From contig JAUNVL010000001.1 in assembly GCA_030537675.1 (NCBI GenBank), forward strand, positions 7,656 through 71,655: a stretch of DNA of 64,000 nt, written 5' to 3'. The DNA is from Propionibacteriaceae bacterium (lineage in GTDB: Bacteria; Actinomycetota; Actinomycetes; Propionibacteriales; Propionibacteriaceae). The position numbers and the translations under genes are program-made. The notes below the pieces were generated by a model that was not told the origin of the DNA, did no database searches, and worked only from the letters and a program-made list of their open reading frames with translations. Positions 1-8,117 of the stretch are shown piece after piece; the stretch's first letter is position 1; each line of letters opens with the position of its first letter.

Positions 1-156
1 TGTCCATGTGCAGTGTTGGGGTGCTCGAGGTTGCGCACCGATCGTCGTACCGGACCATCGTAGCTGCGCAAGCAGGCCTCGCCATGTGTGAACAAAAGAG
101 TTGACCGCTCCTTGGCGCTGGGGCAGACTGGCGGCGGACGAAGGAGGTCCGACACG

Positions 157-1131
157 GTGGCTGACACATGGACGCCTGATGTCCTCACGATCGGTCGTTG
201 CAGCGTCGACCTCTACCCGCTCGAGGTGGGCGTGAAGCTGGAGGACGTCGCCACCTTCGGCAAGTTCCTGGGCGGCTCGGCCACCAACGTCGCAGTGGCT
301 GCCGCGAGGCACGGCCATGGAGTGAGCGTGCTGACCGGTGTGGGGGACGACCCATTCGGACGGTTTGTGATCAAGGAACTCGGACGCCTCGGTGTGGATG
401 CGTCGCACGTCGTGACCAACCCTGCTTTCAACACTCCCATCGTGTTCTGTGAGATCTTTCCCCCCGACGACTTTCCCCTCTACTTCTATCGGCAGCCGAC
501 CACACCGGACCTCGAACTGACCGCGGAGAACCTGCCGCCCCGGTTGGCGGACTACAAGATCCTGTGGTTGACCTCGAGTGGACTCTCGGCGGAGCCGTCA
601 CGCACTGCCCACCACGCTGCTGTCGCCGCACGGACGGGGGGCCTCACTGTGCTCGACCTGGACTACCGCCCCCGCTTCTGGCCCGACGAGGCCACCGCCA
701 CCCGTGAGGTGGGCGCGATGCTGGGCCGGGTCGACGTCGCCATAGGAAACCTTGAGGAGTGCCGGGTGGCGGTGGGCGAGAGCGATCCCGAGCGTGCTGC
801 GGACGCACTGCTGGACCGCGGCGTCGACGTCGCCATCGTCAAGCAGGGCATGGCGGGGACGTATGCCAAGTCGCGGGAGGAACGCACGTTCGTGCCGTCC
901 ACGCAGGTGAAGGTGCTCAACGGGTTGGGCGCGGGTGATGCCTTCGGGGGTGCCGTGTGCCACGGGCTGTTGAGCAACTGGGACCTGCACCGCACCGTCG
1001 CCTTCGCTTCGGCCGCGGGGGCGATCGTGGCCTCACGCCTGGAGTGCTCCACCGCCATGCCGACCGGCGAGGAGGTGGAGGCGCTGCTCGCGTCCGCACC
1101 ACCCTCTCCGCCCTTCCTGGCTCCGCGATGA
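157..1131 (+). CDS. iolC: 5-dehydro-2-deoxygluconokinase (PfkB-family sugar kinase, IolC-like)
   Basis: ORF 88..1131. PfkB/ribokinase-like N-terminus (TIGRCSVDLYP) and C-terminal GAGDAFGGA motif. It sits directly upstream of and coupled to iolB/iolD. I moved the start to GTG 157 because GGAGG at 144-148 lies 8 nt upstream; GTG 88 remains possible. Confidence 0.8.
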   Translation: MADTWTPDVLTIGRCSVDLYPLEVGVKLEDVATFGKFLGGSATNVAVAAARHGHGVSVLTGVGDDPFGRFVIKELGRLGVDASHVVTNPAFNTPIVFCEIFPPDDFPLYFYRQPTTPDLELTAENLPPRLADYKILWLTSSGLSAEPSRTAHHAAVAARTGGLTVLDLDYRPRFWPDEATATREVGAMLGRVDVAIGNLEECRVAVGESDPERAADALLDRGVDVAIVKQGMAGTYAKSREERTFVPSTQVKVLNGLGAGDAFGGAVCHGLLSNWDLHRTVAFASAAGAIVASRLECSTAMPTGEEVEALLASAPPSPPFLAPR

Positions 1132-2099
1132 GCCATGCTGAGAGCCATCCGTCGCGCCCGCCCGTGGAAGCGGACTTTCCCGCGGCGACCCAACCCTTGG
1201 GAGGTGTTGTGACCACGCATGACAAGTACGTGATCCGGGCCGGCTCCAGCAGCCATGGCCACTTCGAGACTGACGTCGACGCCGAGCGCGCGAACTGGCA
1301 GTGGTGCTCCATCCGCGTCCTGGGGTTGCCTGCCGGAGCGTCGCAGGAGATCACGACCGGCGGGGAGGAACTCCTCGTCCTCCCACTGGCAGGATCCTGC
1401 ACCGTCGAGGTGGCGGACCAGACGTACGAGCTCGCAGGGCGCACAGAGGTGTGGAGCAGCGTCACCGACTACCTGTACCTGCCGCGCGGTGTCACGGCGA
1501 TCGTGCGCAGTGAGGCCGGTGGACGGTTTGCCCTGCCCGGCTCGAAGGCGACCGCAGACCTGCCCGTGCGCCACTGCCCGGCGTCGGAGGTCATCACGGG
1601 CCTGCGCGGTACCGGCAATTGCTCGCGCCAGGTGAACAATTATGCGCTCGGCAATGACCTCCAGACCTCGCACCTCCTGGTCTGCGAGGTGCTGACCCCC
1701 GGCGGCAACTGGTCCTCCTACCCGCCCCACAAGCACGATGAGCACAACGAGAATGAGCGCGTGCTGGAGGAGATCTACTACTACGAGGTGCGCCCCGCCG
1801 CCAACGGCACCACGGGCATGGCCCTGCAGCGCATCTATCCCTCGCCGGGCAATGACATCGACGTGTGCACGGAAGTGGGCTCACGGGATGTCGTGATCAT
1901 GCCGCATGGTTACCACGGCCCCTCCATCGCTGCCCCCGGGTACGACCTCTACTACCTGAACGTCATGGCTGGTCCGGCCGAGGACGCCACCTGGCTCATG
2001 ACTGACGACCCCCATTACGCGTGGATCCGCGAGACCTGGGAGGACACCGACGTGGACGCGCGCCTGCCCATGACTCCGCTCAACACGAAGGAACAGTGA
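1128..2099 (+). CDS. iolB: 5-deoxy-glucuronate isomerase (cupin fold)
   Basis: In-frame part of ORF 957..2099. ATG 1128 overlaps the iolC stop (ATGA at 1128-1131). Typical IolB segments are present (NWSSYPPHKHD, EEIYYY, GYHGP). It is flanked by iolC and iolD. Confidence 0.85.
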   Translation: MSHAESHPSRPPVEADFPAATQPLGGVVTTHDKYVIRAGSSSHGHFETDVDAERANWQWCSIRVLGLPAGASQEITTGGEELLVLPLAGSCTVEVADQTYELAGRTEVWSSVTDYLYLPRGVTAIVRSEAGGRFALPGSKATADLPVRHCPASEVITGLRGTGNCSRQVNNYALGNDLQTSHLLVCEVLTPGGNWSSYPPHKHDEHNENERVLEEIYYYEVRPAANGTTGMALQRIYPSPGNDIDVCTEVGSRDVVIMPHGYHGPSIAAPGYDLYYLNVMAGPAEDATWLMTDDPHYAWIRETWEDTDVDARLPMTPLNTKEQ

Positions 2100-2100
2100 C

Positions 2101-3993
2101 ATGACCGCGACCATCCGCCTCACCGTCGGGCAGGCCGTCATCCGCTTTCTCGTCAACCAGTTCACCGAAGCGGACGGCCAGGAGCAGCGCCTCATCGCCG
2201 GTGCATTCGGGATCCTCGGTCACGGCAACGTCGCGGGCATCGGCCAGGCACTGCTGCAGAACGAACTCGATCCCGAGCCCGACGGCGGTGAAATGCCCTA
2301 CATCATGCCCCGCAACGAGCAGGGCATGGTCAACGCTGCCGCCGCGTTCGCGAAGGCGACGGAGCGACGCCAGACGTGGATGTGCACGTCGTCGATCGGA
2401 CCGGGCGCGCTCAACATGGTGACCGGTGCCGCCGTCGCCACCACCAACCGGTTGCCCGTGTTGTTGTTCCCCTCCGACCAGTTCGCCACGCGCCACGCCG
2501 ACCCGGTGCTGCAGCAGGTGGAGGACCCCACATCCCCGCTGACAGCCGCCACCGACTGCTTCCGTCCCGTCTCTCGGTACTTCGACCGCATCGAACGCCC
2601 CGAACAGCTCGTGCCCTCGTTGATGGCCGCGATGCGGGTCCTCACTGATCCTGCGGACACCGGCGCCGTCACCGTCGCGCTGCCGCAGGACGTGCAGGCC
2701 GAGGCGTACGACTTCCCGCTCGAGTTCTTCGCCCGCAGGGTATGGCGGATCCGTCGCCCGGCTCCGGAGACGATCGCCATCGAGCGCGCCGCCCACATCA
2801 TCCGCGGTGCCGAACGTCCGTTGGTGATTTCCGGCGGGGGGACGGTCTACTCCCACGCCAGCCAGGAACTCCGGGACTTCGCCACTGCCACCGGCATCCC
2901 TGTCGCCGATACACAGGCGGGCAAGGGTGCCATCAACTTCGACCACGAATGCGCCGTCGGCGGTGTCGGTTCCACGGGCAGCTCGTCGGCCAACAGGCTG
3001 GCGGAAAAGGCCGACGTCGTCATCGGCATCGGCACCCGGTACTCGGACTTCACCACCGCTTCCCACACCCAGTTCAAGAACCCGGACGTGAGGTTCGTCA
3101 ACATCAACGTGGCCGCGTTCGACGCCGCCAAACACGCCGCCGAGATGGTGGTGGCGGATGCCCGCGAGGCACTCACGGCACTGACCGCTTCACTGCAGGG
3201 GCACCGCGTCGAGGAGTCCTACAGCGCCGAGATCGCGGAGTTGCGCAAGGAGTGGGCGGGGATCACCGACGAGTGTTATCACCGCGGGCATGGGCCGCTG
3301 CCCGCGCAGACGGAGGTGTTCGGCGCCCTCAACGAACTCATGGGCGACGACGACGTCGTCATCAACGCGGCTGGCTCCATGCCCGGCGATCTGCAGTGCC
3401 TGTGGCAGGCCCGCACACCCTCGCAGTACCACGTGGAGTACGCCTTCTCCACGATGGGATACGAGATCCCTGCGGCCATGGGAGTCAAGCTGGCGCGCCC
3501 GGACTCGGAGGTGGTGGCCATTGTCGGCGACGGCACGTACCAGATGCTGCCCATGGAGCTGGCGACCATCGTGCAGGAGCGACTCAAGGTCATTCTCGTA
3601 CTGCTGCAGAACCATGGGTTCGCCTCGATCGGGGGACTTTCGGAGTCCCACGGTTCACAGCGCTTCGGCACGCGCTATCGCCGGGGCGCGGGTGAGGCGC
3701 ACACCGCCGACGCCGAACTGTTGCCCGTGGACATTGCCGCCAACGCCGAGTCCTGGGGCCTGAAGGTGTTGCGGGTGAGAAGCATCGCTGAGTTCCGTGA
3801 CGCCTATGCGCAGGCCGTTGCCATGGACCGGGCCGTGATGATCCATATCGAGACCGACCTCATGGGCCCCAATCCTCCCGGCTCGAGCTGGTGGGACGTC
3901 CCGGTATCGGAAGTCTCCCGGATCGAGTCCACGAAGACAGCCCGCGAGTGGTACGAGTCCATGAAGGGTGCCCAGCGCCACTATCTGCGGTGA
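2101..3993 (+). CDS. iolD: 3D-(3,5/4)-trihydroxycyclohexane-1,2-dione acylhydrolase, thiamine-diphosphate dependent
   Basis: 630-aa ORF starting 2 nt after the iolB stop. ThDP-enzyme architecture with the GDGTYQM...N ThDP-binding motif. The length and N-terminus are typical of IolD. Confidence 0.9.
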   Translation: MTATIRLTVGQAVIRFLVNQFTEADGQEQRLIAGAFGILGHGNVAGIGQALLQNELDPEPDGGEMPYIMPRNEQGMVNAAAAFAKATERRQTWMCTSSIGPGALNMVTGAAVATTNRLPVLLFPSDQFATRHADPVLQQVEDPTSPLTAATDCFRPVSRYFDRIERPEQLVPSLMAAMRVLTDPADTGAVTVALPQDVQAEAYDFPLEFFARRVWRIRRPAPETIAIERAAHIIRGAERPLVISGGGTVYSHASQELRDFATATGIPVADTQAGKGAINFDHECAVGGVGSTGSSSANRLAEKADVVIGIGTRYSDFTTASHTQFKNPDVRFVNINVAAFDAAKHAAEMVVADAREALTALTASLQGHRVEESYSAEIAELRKEWAGITDECYHRGHGPLPAQTEVFGALNELMGDDDVVINAAGSMPGDLQCLWQARTPSQYHVEYAFSTMGYEIPAAMGVKLARPDSEVVAIVGDGTYQMLPMELATIVQERLKVILVLLQNHGFASIGGLSESHGSQRFGTRYRRGAGEAHTADAELLPVDIAANAESWGLKVLRVRSIAEFRDAYAQAVAMDRAVMIHIETDLMGPNPPGSSWWDVPVSEVSRIESTKTAREWYESMKGAQRHYLR

Positions 3994-4027
3994 CCCCTGC
4001 ATCGACGGCCTGATTTGTCACAAGGAC

Positions 4028-4056
4028 CACGGCCCCCAGGTGGACCGGGGGCCGTG
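4028..4056. terminator. GC-rich hairpin between convergent iolD and the subtilase gene
   Basis: CACGGCCCCC (4028-4037) pairs perfectly with GGGGGCCGTG (4047-4056) across a 9-nt loop. It lies in the 113-bp convergent gap. There is no clear T-tract, as is common for actinobacterial I-shaped terminators. Confidence 0.5.
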
Positions 4057-4106
4057 ATCGTGCGTTGGCGGACGGGTTCAGGATGAGCAATCGCGACGGC
4101 TCCGGA

Positions 4107-7100
4107 TCAGAACCGGCGCTTGTCGATCACCGCCACGCTGGCGAATTCCTTGCGGACGAACCGCGTCTTGCAGCTTGGGCTGAAACCGACCGCGGTCACA
4201 GCGACCGAGTAGCTACCGGGAATCTTCGTCTCCCGGTAGTCCCCCTTCAGCGTCCCCGCACGCTTGGGATGCAACACGACTCGCGGGTCAATCACTGCGA
4301 CGTGACCCGGATTCATGATCGTCGTGCCGCCCATCCTGCCGCCGGACGCCACATCCTTGAGGAACCCCTGACGCTCCCAGCGCAGGGTGTCGAACCTGTC
4401 CTGGCGTGTGGATCTGAGCGTTGTCTCCCCGAGCGTGAGCGCATCGACCCTCCGGGCAAGGATGTCTTTGCCCGTCTTCACCATCAGCTGATCTCTCAGC
4501 AGCACGAGGCGGGCCAGGAGTTCGTGGTCCTTGCTGGGCTTCCCATCGGAGTGGAAGCTGCGCGGCAACTTCATGTCCATGAGCTTGTCGCGGTACCTGT
4601 CGATGTAGGCGGCGGGTGGCGCGAACGGTGAAGTGATGGAAGTCCGGGCCTTGATGCCGTCGACCCCTCCACGCAGGTCACCGACGGTGGCCCGGACGCC
4701 GAGTGAATCGCCCACTCGCAACAGCGTAGGCACGTCGATCCGGAGCCTGAGTGGTGAACGGACGAATCCGCCGACTGTGTAGGGCGTGTGCTGGTCGCGG
4801 TTGGTGGCCACCTCCACGGTCCACAGACCGGGCTGCGGATCGTCGATCGCGAAACTCACGTACCCGTCGCCGGCGTGCCGGAGGAACTCGGTGGCTGAGC
4901 GAGGAAGCCAGCGGCCGCTTGGCGAGCGCAGCCGCACGGCGATCTCGCGCGGGCTCTTCGGCTCGTTTGACACGTACTGCAACGACCTGTCGTGCCAGGC
5001 GACGGTGAACAGCGCCGATTCGGCACATCCATCCACCCAGCCGGACACCTGTGACACCGACGCGACGGATGACTCGTTGACGATGACGCCGTCGCCGGTG
5101 ACCTGCCCTCGGATGTAGTTGTAAATCTCGAAGAGGTCGTCGATGGATGGCATGAAGTAGTACCGGCCGGCGGTGTTGTCCGCGAGCTGTGCCAGCAATG
5201 CCTGATCCGAGGCCGGGCCCATGGCACAGCTGTAGATCGGAAGATCGGCAGGCAGGGCAGCCGCCGCATCGGTCGCCCACGGCTTGGCGGGGTTGCTCTG
5301 GTCGCAGCCCTTGTTGTCGTAGCCGTCGGACAGCAGCACCATCGCGCGGCGAGTGCCTGCACCGGCGAGCACACTGCCTGCCTTCTCGATGCCCGCCCCC
5401 ATGAAGGTGCATCCCCCGAACCCGATGCTGTCGACCGCTGCGGTGGCGGCGTCCCTCGTGCTCTGGTCCACGATCACCCGGGGAGCGCCCGTGCCCGGAT
5501 ACTCCTCGTCGCCCGAATCGCCGAAGCTCACCACCCCGATGGAATCGTCCACCCCCATGAGGTCTGTGAACTGCCGCGAGGTCTGGCGGGTGGTTTCCAC
5601 GTAGCCGTACGCCTGCATGGAGCCCGAGCGGTCCAGCACCGTGACAACGCTGACGGGGTCGCTCGCCGGAACCTCGGCGTTGTCCACGACGAGGGCGAAG
5701 TCCTGCCATCCTCCAGCGATGTCAGTGCGGGCCGACGCTGCAATGTTGGCGGCGACGACGGTGATCTCGTACACCCCGGTGGGATTCTGGATGATCGCCA
5801 CCTCGGTGTTGTTGAGATCGTCTGCCACTCCGCCCGTGGTGGAGAACGCCCCGGCGAAGTTGTTGCCGTGGAAGAGTTGGTTGGTCACGACGTGACGCAC
5901 CTCCAGGTCGAGGTCGTTCACGAGCGTGGGGTTGGCTCCGACGGTGGCTGGGGCATCGGTCCATGACAGGGCCACGCGCAACGGGAGCGCCGCGTCGGCG
6001 ACTGCCACACGGATGGTGTATTCCTGGCCCATCGCCGTGAACGCGTGGCGCTGGTCCACGATGATCTTCGGTCCGCGATCCGCTGCGGGCGCCTGCAGCA
6101 GCATGTTCTCGATGGAGACGCGACCCCAACCGACGTTGTTGTTCGGTCCCGCAGCGAGCGTTCCGCCTGCGCCATTCGTGCCGCCTGTCATGGGCTCCGT
6201 GCCGGAGACCAGCAACGCCTTGATGAGCGCAGGGCTCGGGGTCCTGCCATCGCGCGTCCGCCGCCGCCAGTCGATCAGCAGCGCTGCGGTGCCAGCCACA
6301 TGCGGTGATGCCATCGATGTCCCGCTCATCGGTGCGTGCACCGGGTGCAGCGTGCCACCCGTGTCGCGGTACGGCGCGGTTCTCCATCCCGCTGGGCTGT
6401 AGGTGGAGATGATGTCGGTGCCCGGGGCCACCACGGTCGGCAGCGTTCTGCCATCGGTGGCCGGGCCGCGTGACGAGGACGTCGCGATCCCGCGGATGTC
6501 GTCGTTGGCAGTCAGCTCTCCCGGGCGGGCGTTCAGCGAGTTGCCCACGAGGATCGCGTTCTTCGGATTCTTCGTGACGGTGCCGGCGCCTGAACCGCTG
6601 TTGCCTGCCGAGAACACGATGACCAGCGGCGTCTGGTCGGTCGATGTGGGGTCGGCGTCGCGAACGCCGAGATCAATGACGCGGTCGTTGGCGGAGTAGT
6701 TGGGACCATTCATGGCCCACGAGTTGTTCATGACGTCGGCACCCTGGAGAGCCGACTGCCGCACGAGAGCTTCGACGGTGCCAGCCGATGAGACGAGCCC
6801 CACGTCCGCGCCGGGTGCCACACCCTGTCCCAGCCGGAAACCCTGGGGATCAACATCGCCGGAGGTGCCGTTGCCTCCTGCGATGCCTGCAACGTGCGTG
6901 CCATGGCCGTCGGTGTCGGCGCCAGCGACGGCCGTTCCCGCAGAATTGACAGCGAACGCGAGGCGCCCGGCCAGATCAGCATGGATGGTCGCCGCATTGT
7001 TCGTGTCGATGCCGGTGTCGCACACCGCGATGGTGACGCCCGCCCCGTTGACGCCGAGAGCCGTGAGGTTCGCGGTGTATCCCGTGTTCGGCAGGGTGTT

Positions 7101-7892
7101 GGGCGCCGCCGTCCCGTTGAGATCCTCCATGAGGATCTGCGAACTGCGCTCGTCCTCGAGTATGAGCGTGTGCACCGCGTCGATCCAGCGCACGTCGTCC
7201 AGCGCCGCAATCTTGGGCAGTGCTTCGGTGGGCAACTCTGCGGTGATGCTGCGAAACACATCGGATGATTCGGGGGCGATTTCCAGGACACTCCCGCCGA
7301 GCGAGATCACCAGAGCTGCGACGCCGTCGATGTCGCCCTCCGCCAGAACGCCGATGTCGACCGCCTCAATGGGGCCAAGACCACGACCGGTTCCCACGTC
7401 CTTGTTCCCGCTCAACAGGTCCGGGTTGACCTTGTACGCAGGCATGAGTGGGCCGGTCCATTCGACGAACGGAAGCGCTGCTGCGGATGCGACGGTCTCC
7501 GCGTCGGCGCGCACAAAGTACGCATGCGGGCTGACGGCTTCAACGAGCCGGACACCGCGTTCGGCGAGTGTCGACAGCCACGATTCCTGCACTGGTCCGA
7601 CCAGTTGCAGCAAATGGTTGAGGCCAGCACCGGACTCGGTGGAGGTGAACCCGTCCGGAGTGGGAGGGAGCTTGCCCGTGGCAGTGTCGATCTCGTAGCT
7701 GAAGAGACGGAGTGTGTGGGGGTCGCGCACAGCTTTGACGCGCCATCCCTGTTTCCTCAGTCGCTCCACCTGCGTGGCTTCGGCGTCGACGATGAAGCCG
7801 CGATCAAGCGCACTCACGACGCCGATACCTTCAGCCTCGACCATTGGTCTGTCGAGCTCGGTTCGGTGGATGACAACGTAGCGTTCAGACAT
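4107..7892 (-). CDS. Large (1261 aa) multidomain subtilase: N-terminal propeptide-like region, peptidase S8 domain, beta-sandwich, von Willebrand factor A domain and an unassigned ~330-aa C-terminus; no signal peptide
   Basis: S8 triad motifs are VCDTGID (Asp292, codon 7019-7017), DGHGTHVAG (His330, 6905-6903) and GTSMASPHVAG (Ser526, 6317-6315). A vWA MIDAS motif LDRSGSM plus LLSDGYDN lies at residues ~750-930 (5103-5651). ATG 7892 has GAAGGG 7 nt upstream. The N-terminus MSERYVVIHRTELDRP has no hydrophobic or twin-arginine leader. Confidence 0.85.
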   Translation of the reverse strand: MSERYVVIHRTELDRPMVEAEGIGVVSALDRGFIVDAEATQVERLRKQGWRVKAVRDPHTLRLFSYEIDTATGKLPPTPDGFTSTESGAGLNHLLQLVGPVQESWLSTLAERGVRLVEAVSPHAYFVRADAETVASAAALPFVEWTGPLMPAYKVNPDLLSGNKDVGTGRGLGPIEAVDIGVLAEGDIDGVAALVISLGGSVLEIAPESSDVFRSITAELPTEALPKIAALDDVRWIDAVHTLILEDERSSQILMEDLNGTAAPNTLPNTGYTANLTALGVNGAGVTIAVCDTGIDTNNAATIHADLAGRLAFAVNSAGTAVAGADTDGHGTHVAGIAGGNGTSGDVDPQGFRLGQGVAPGADVGLVSSAGTVEALVRQSALQGADVMNNSWAMNGPNYSANDRVIDLGVRDADPTSTDQTPLVIVFSAGNSGSGAGTVTKNPKNAILVGNSLNARPGELTANDDIRGIATSSSRGPATDGRTLPTVVAPGTDIISTYSPAGWRTAPYRDTGGTLHPVHAPMSGTSMASPHVAGTAALLIDWRRRTRDGRTPSPALIKALLVSGTEPMTGGTNGAGGTLAAGPNNNVGWGRVSIENMLLQAPAADRGPKIIVDQRHAFTAMGQEYTIRVAVADAALPLRVALSWTDAPATVGANPTLVNDLDLEVRHVVTNQLFHGNNFAGAFSTTGGVADDLNNTEVAIIQNPTGVYEITVVAANIAASARTDIAGGWQDFALVVDNAEVPASDPVSVVTVLDRSGSMQAYGYVETTRQTSRQFTDLMGVDDSIGVVSFGDSGDEEYPGTGAPRVIVDQSTRDAATAAVDSIGFGGCTFMGAGIEKAGSVLAGAGTRRAMVLLSDGYDNKGCDQSNPAKPWATDAAAALPADLPIYSCAMGPASDQALLAQLADNTAGRYYFMPSIDDLFEIYNYIRGQVTGDGVIVNESSVASVSQVSGWVDGCAESALFTVAWHDRSLQYVSNEPKSPREIAVRLRSPSGRWLPRSATEFLRHAGDGYVSFAIDDPQPGLWTVEVATNRDQHTPYTVGGFVRSPLRLRIDVPTLLRVGDSLGVRATVGDLRGGVDGIKARTSITSPFAPPAAYIDRYRDKLMDMKLPRSFHSDGKPSKDHELLARLVLLRDQLMVKTGKDILARRVDALTLGETTLRSTRQDRFDTLRWERQGFLKDVASGGRMGGTTIMNPGHVAVIDPRVVLHPKRAGTLKGDYRETKIPGSYSVAVTAVGFSPSCKTRFVRKEFASVAVIDKRRF

Positions 7893-8049
7893 CTCGATGC
7901 CCTTCTACTCTGCGGTGGAAACGGTCGGCACCGGTGGTGCCCCGTACATGCAAAGAGGCTTCTTGGGGCTGCCTGATACATCGGTTGCCCAGGGCGGGGC
8001 TGCTGAGTTGTCCATTTCGCGACCGAAGAGGCGGACGGCGGTGTCATGC

Positions 8050-8070
8050 CAAGGACGGCGTACGTCCTTG
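8050..8070 (-). terminator. Hairpin downstream of the SEC-C gene
   Basis: CAAGGACG (8050-8057) pairs with CGTCCTTG (8063-8070) across a 5-nt loop. Confidence 0.4.
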
Positions 8071-8094
8071 ACCGCTACATGCGAGGAGAAAGCT

Positions 8095-8114
8095 GTGGCG
8101 AGAATTCTCGCCAC
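8095..8114 (-). terminator. Perfect 20-bp palindrome GTGGCGAGAATTCTCGCCAC 3 nt after the SEC-C gene stop
   Basis: The sequence is fully self-complementary, with centre AATT. The stop codon TAG (minus strand) is at 8118-8120. It could be a terminator stem or a protein-binding site. Confidence 0.45.
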
Positions 8115-8117
8115 CCA

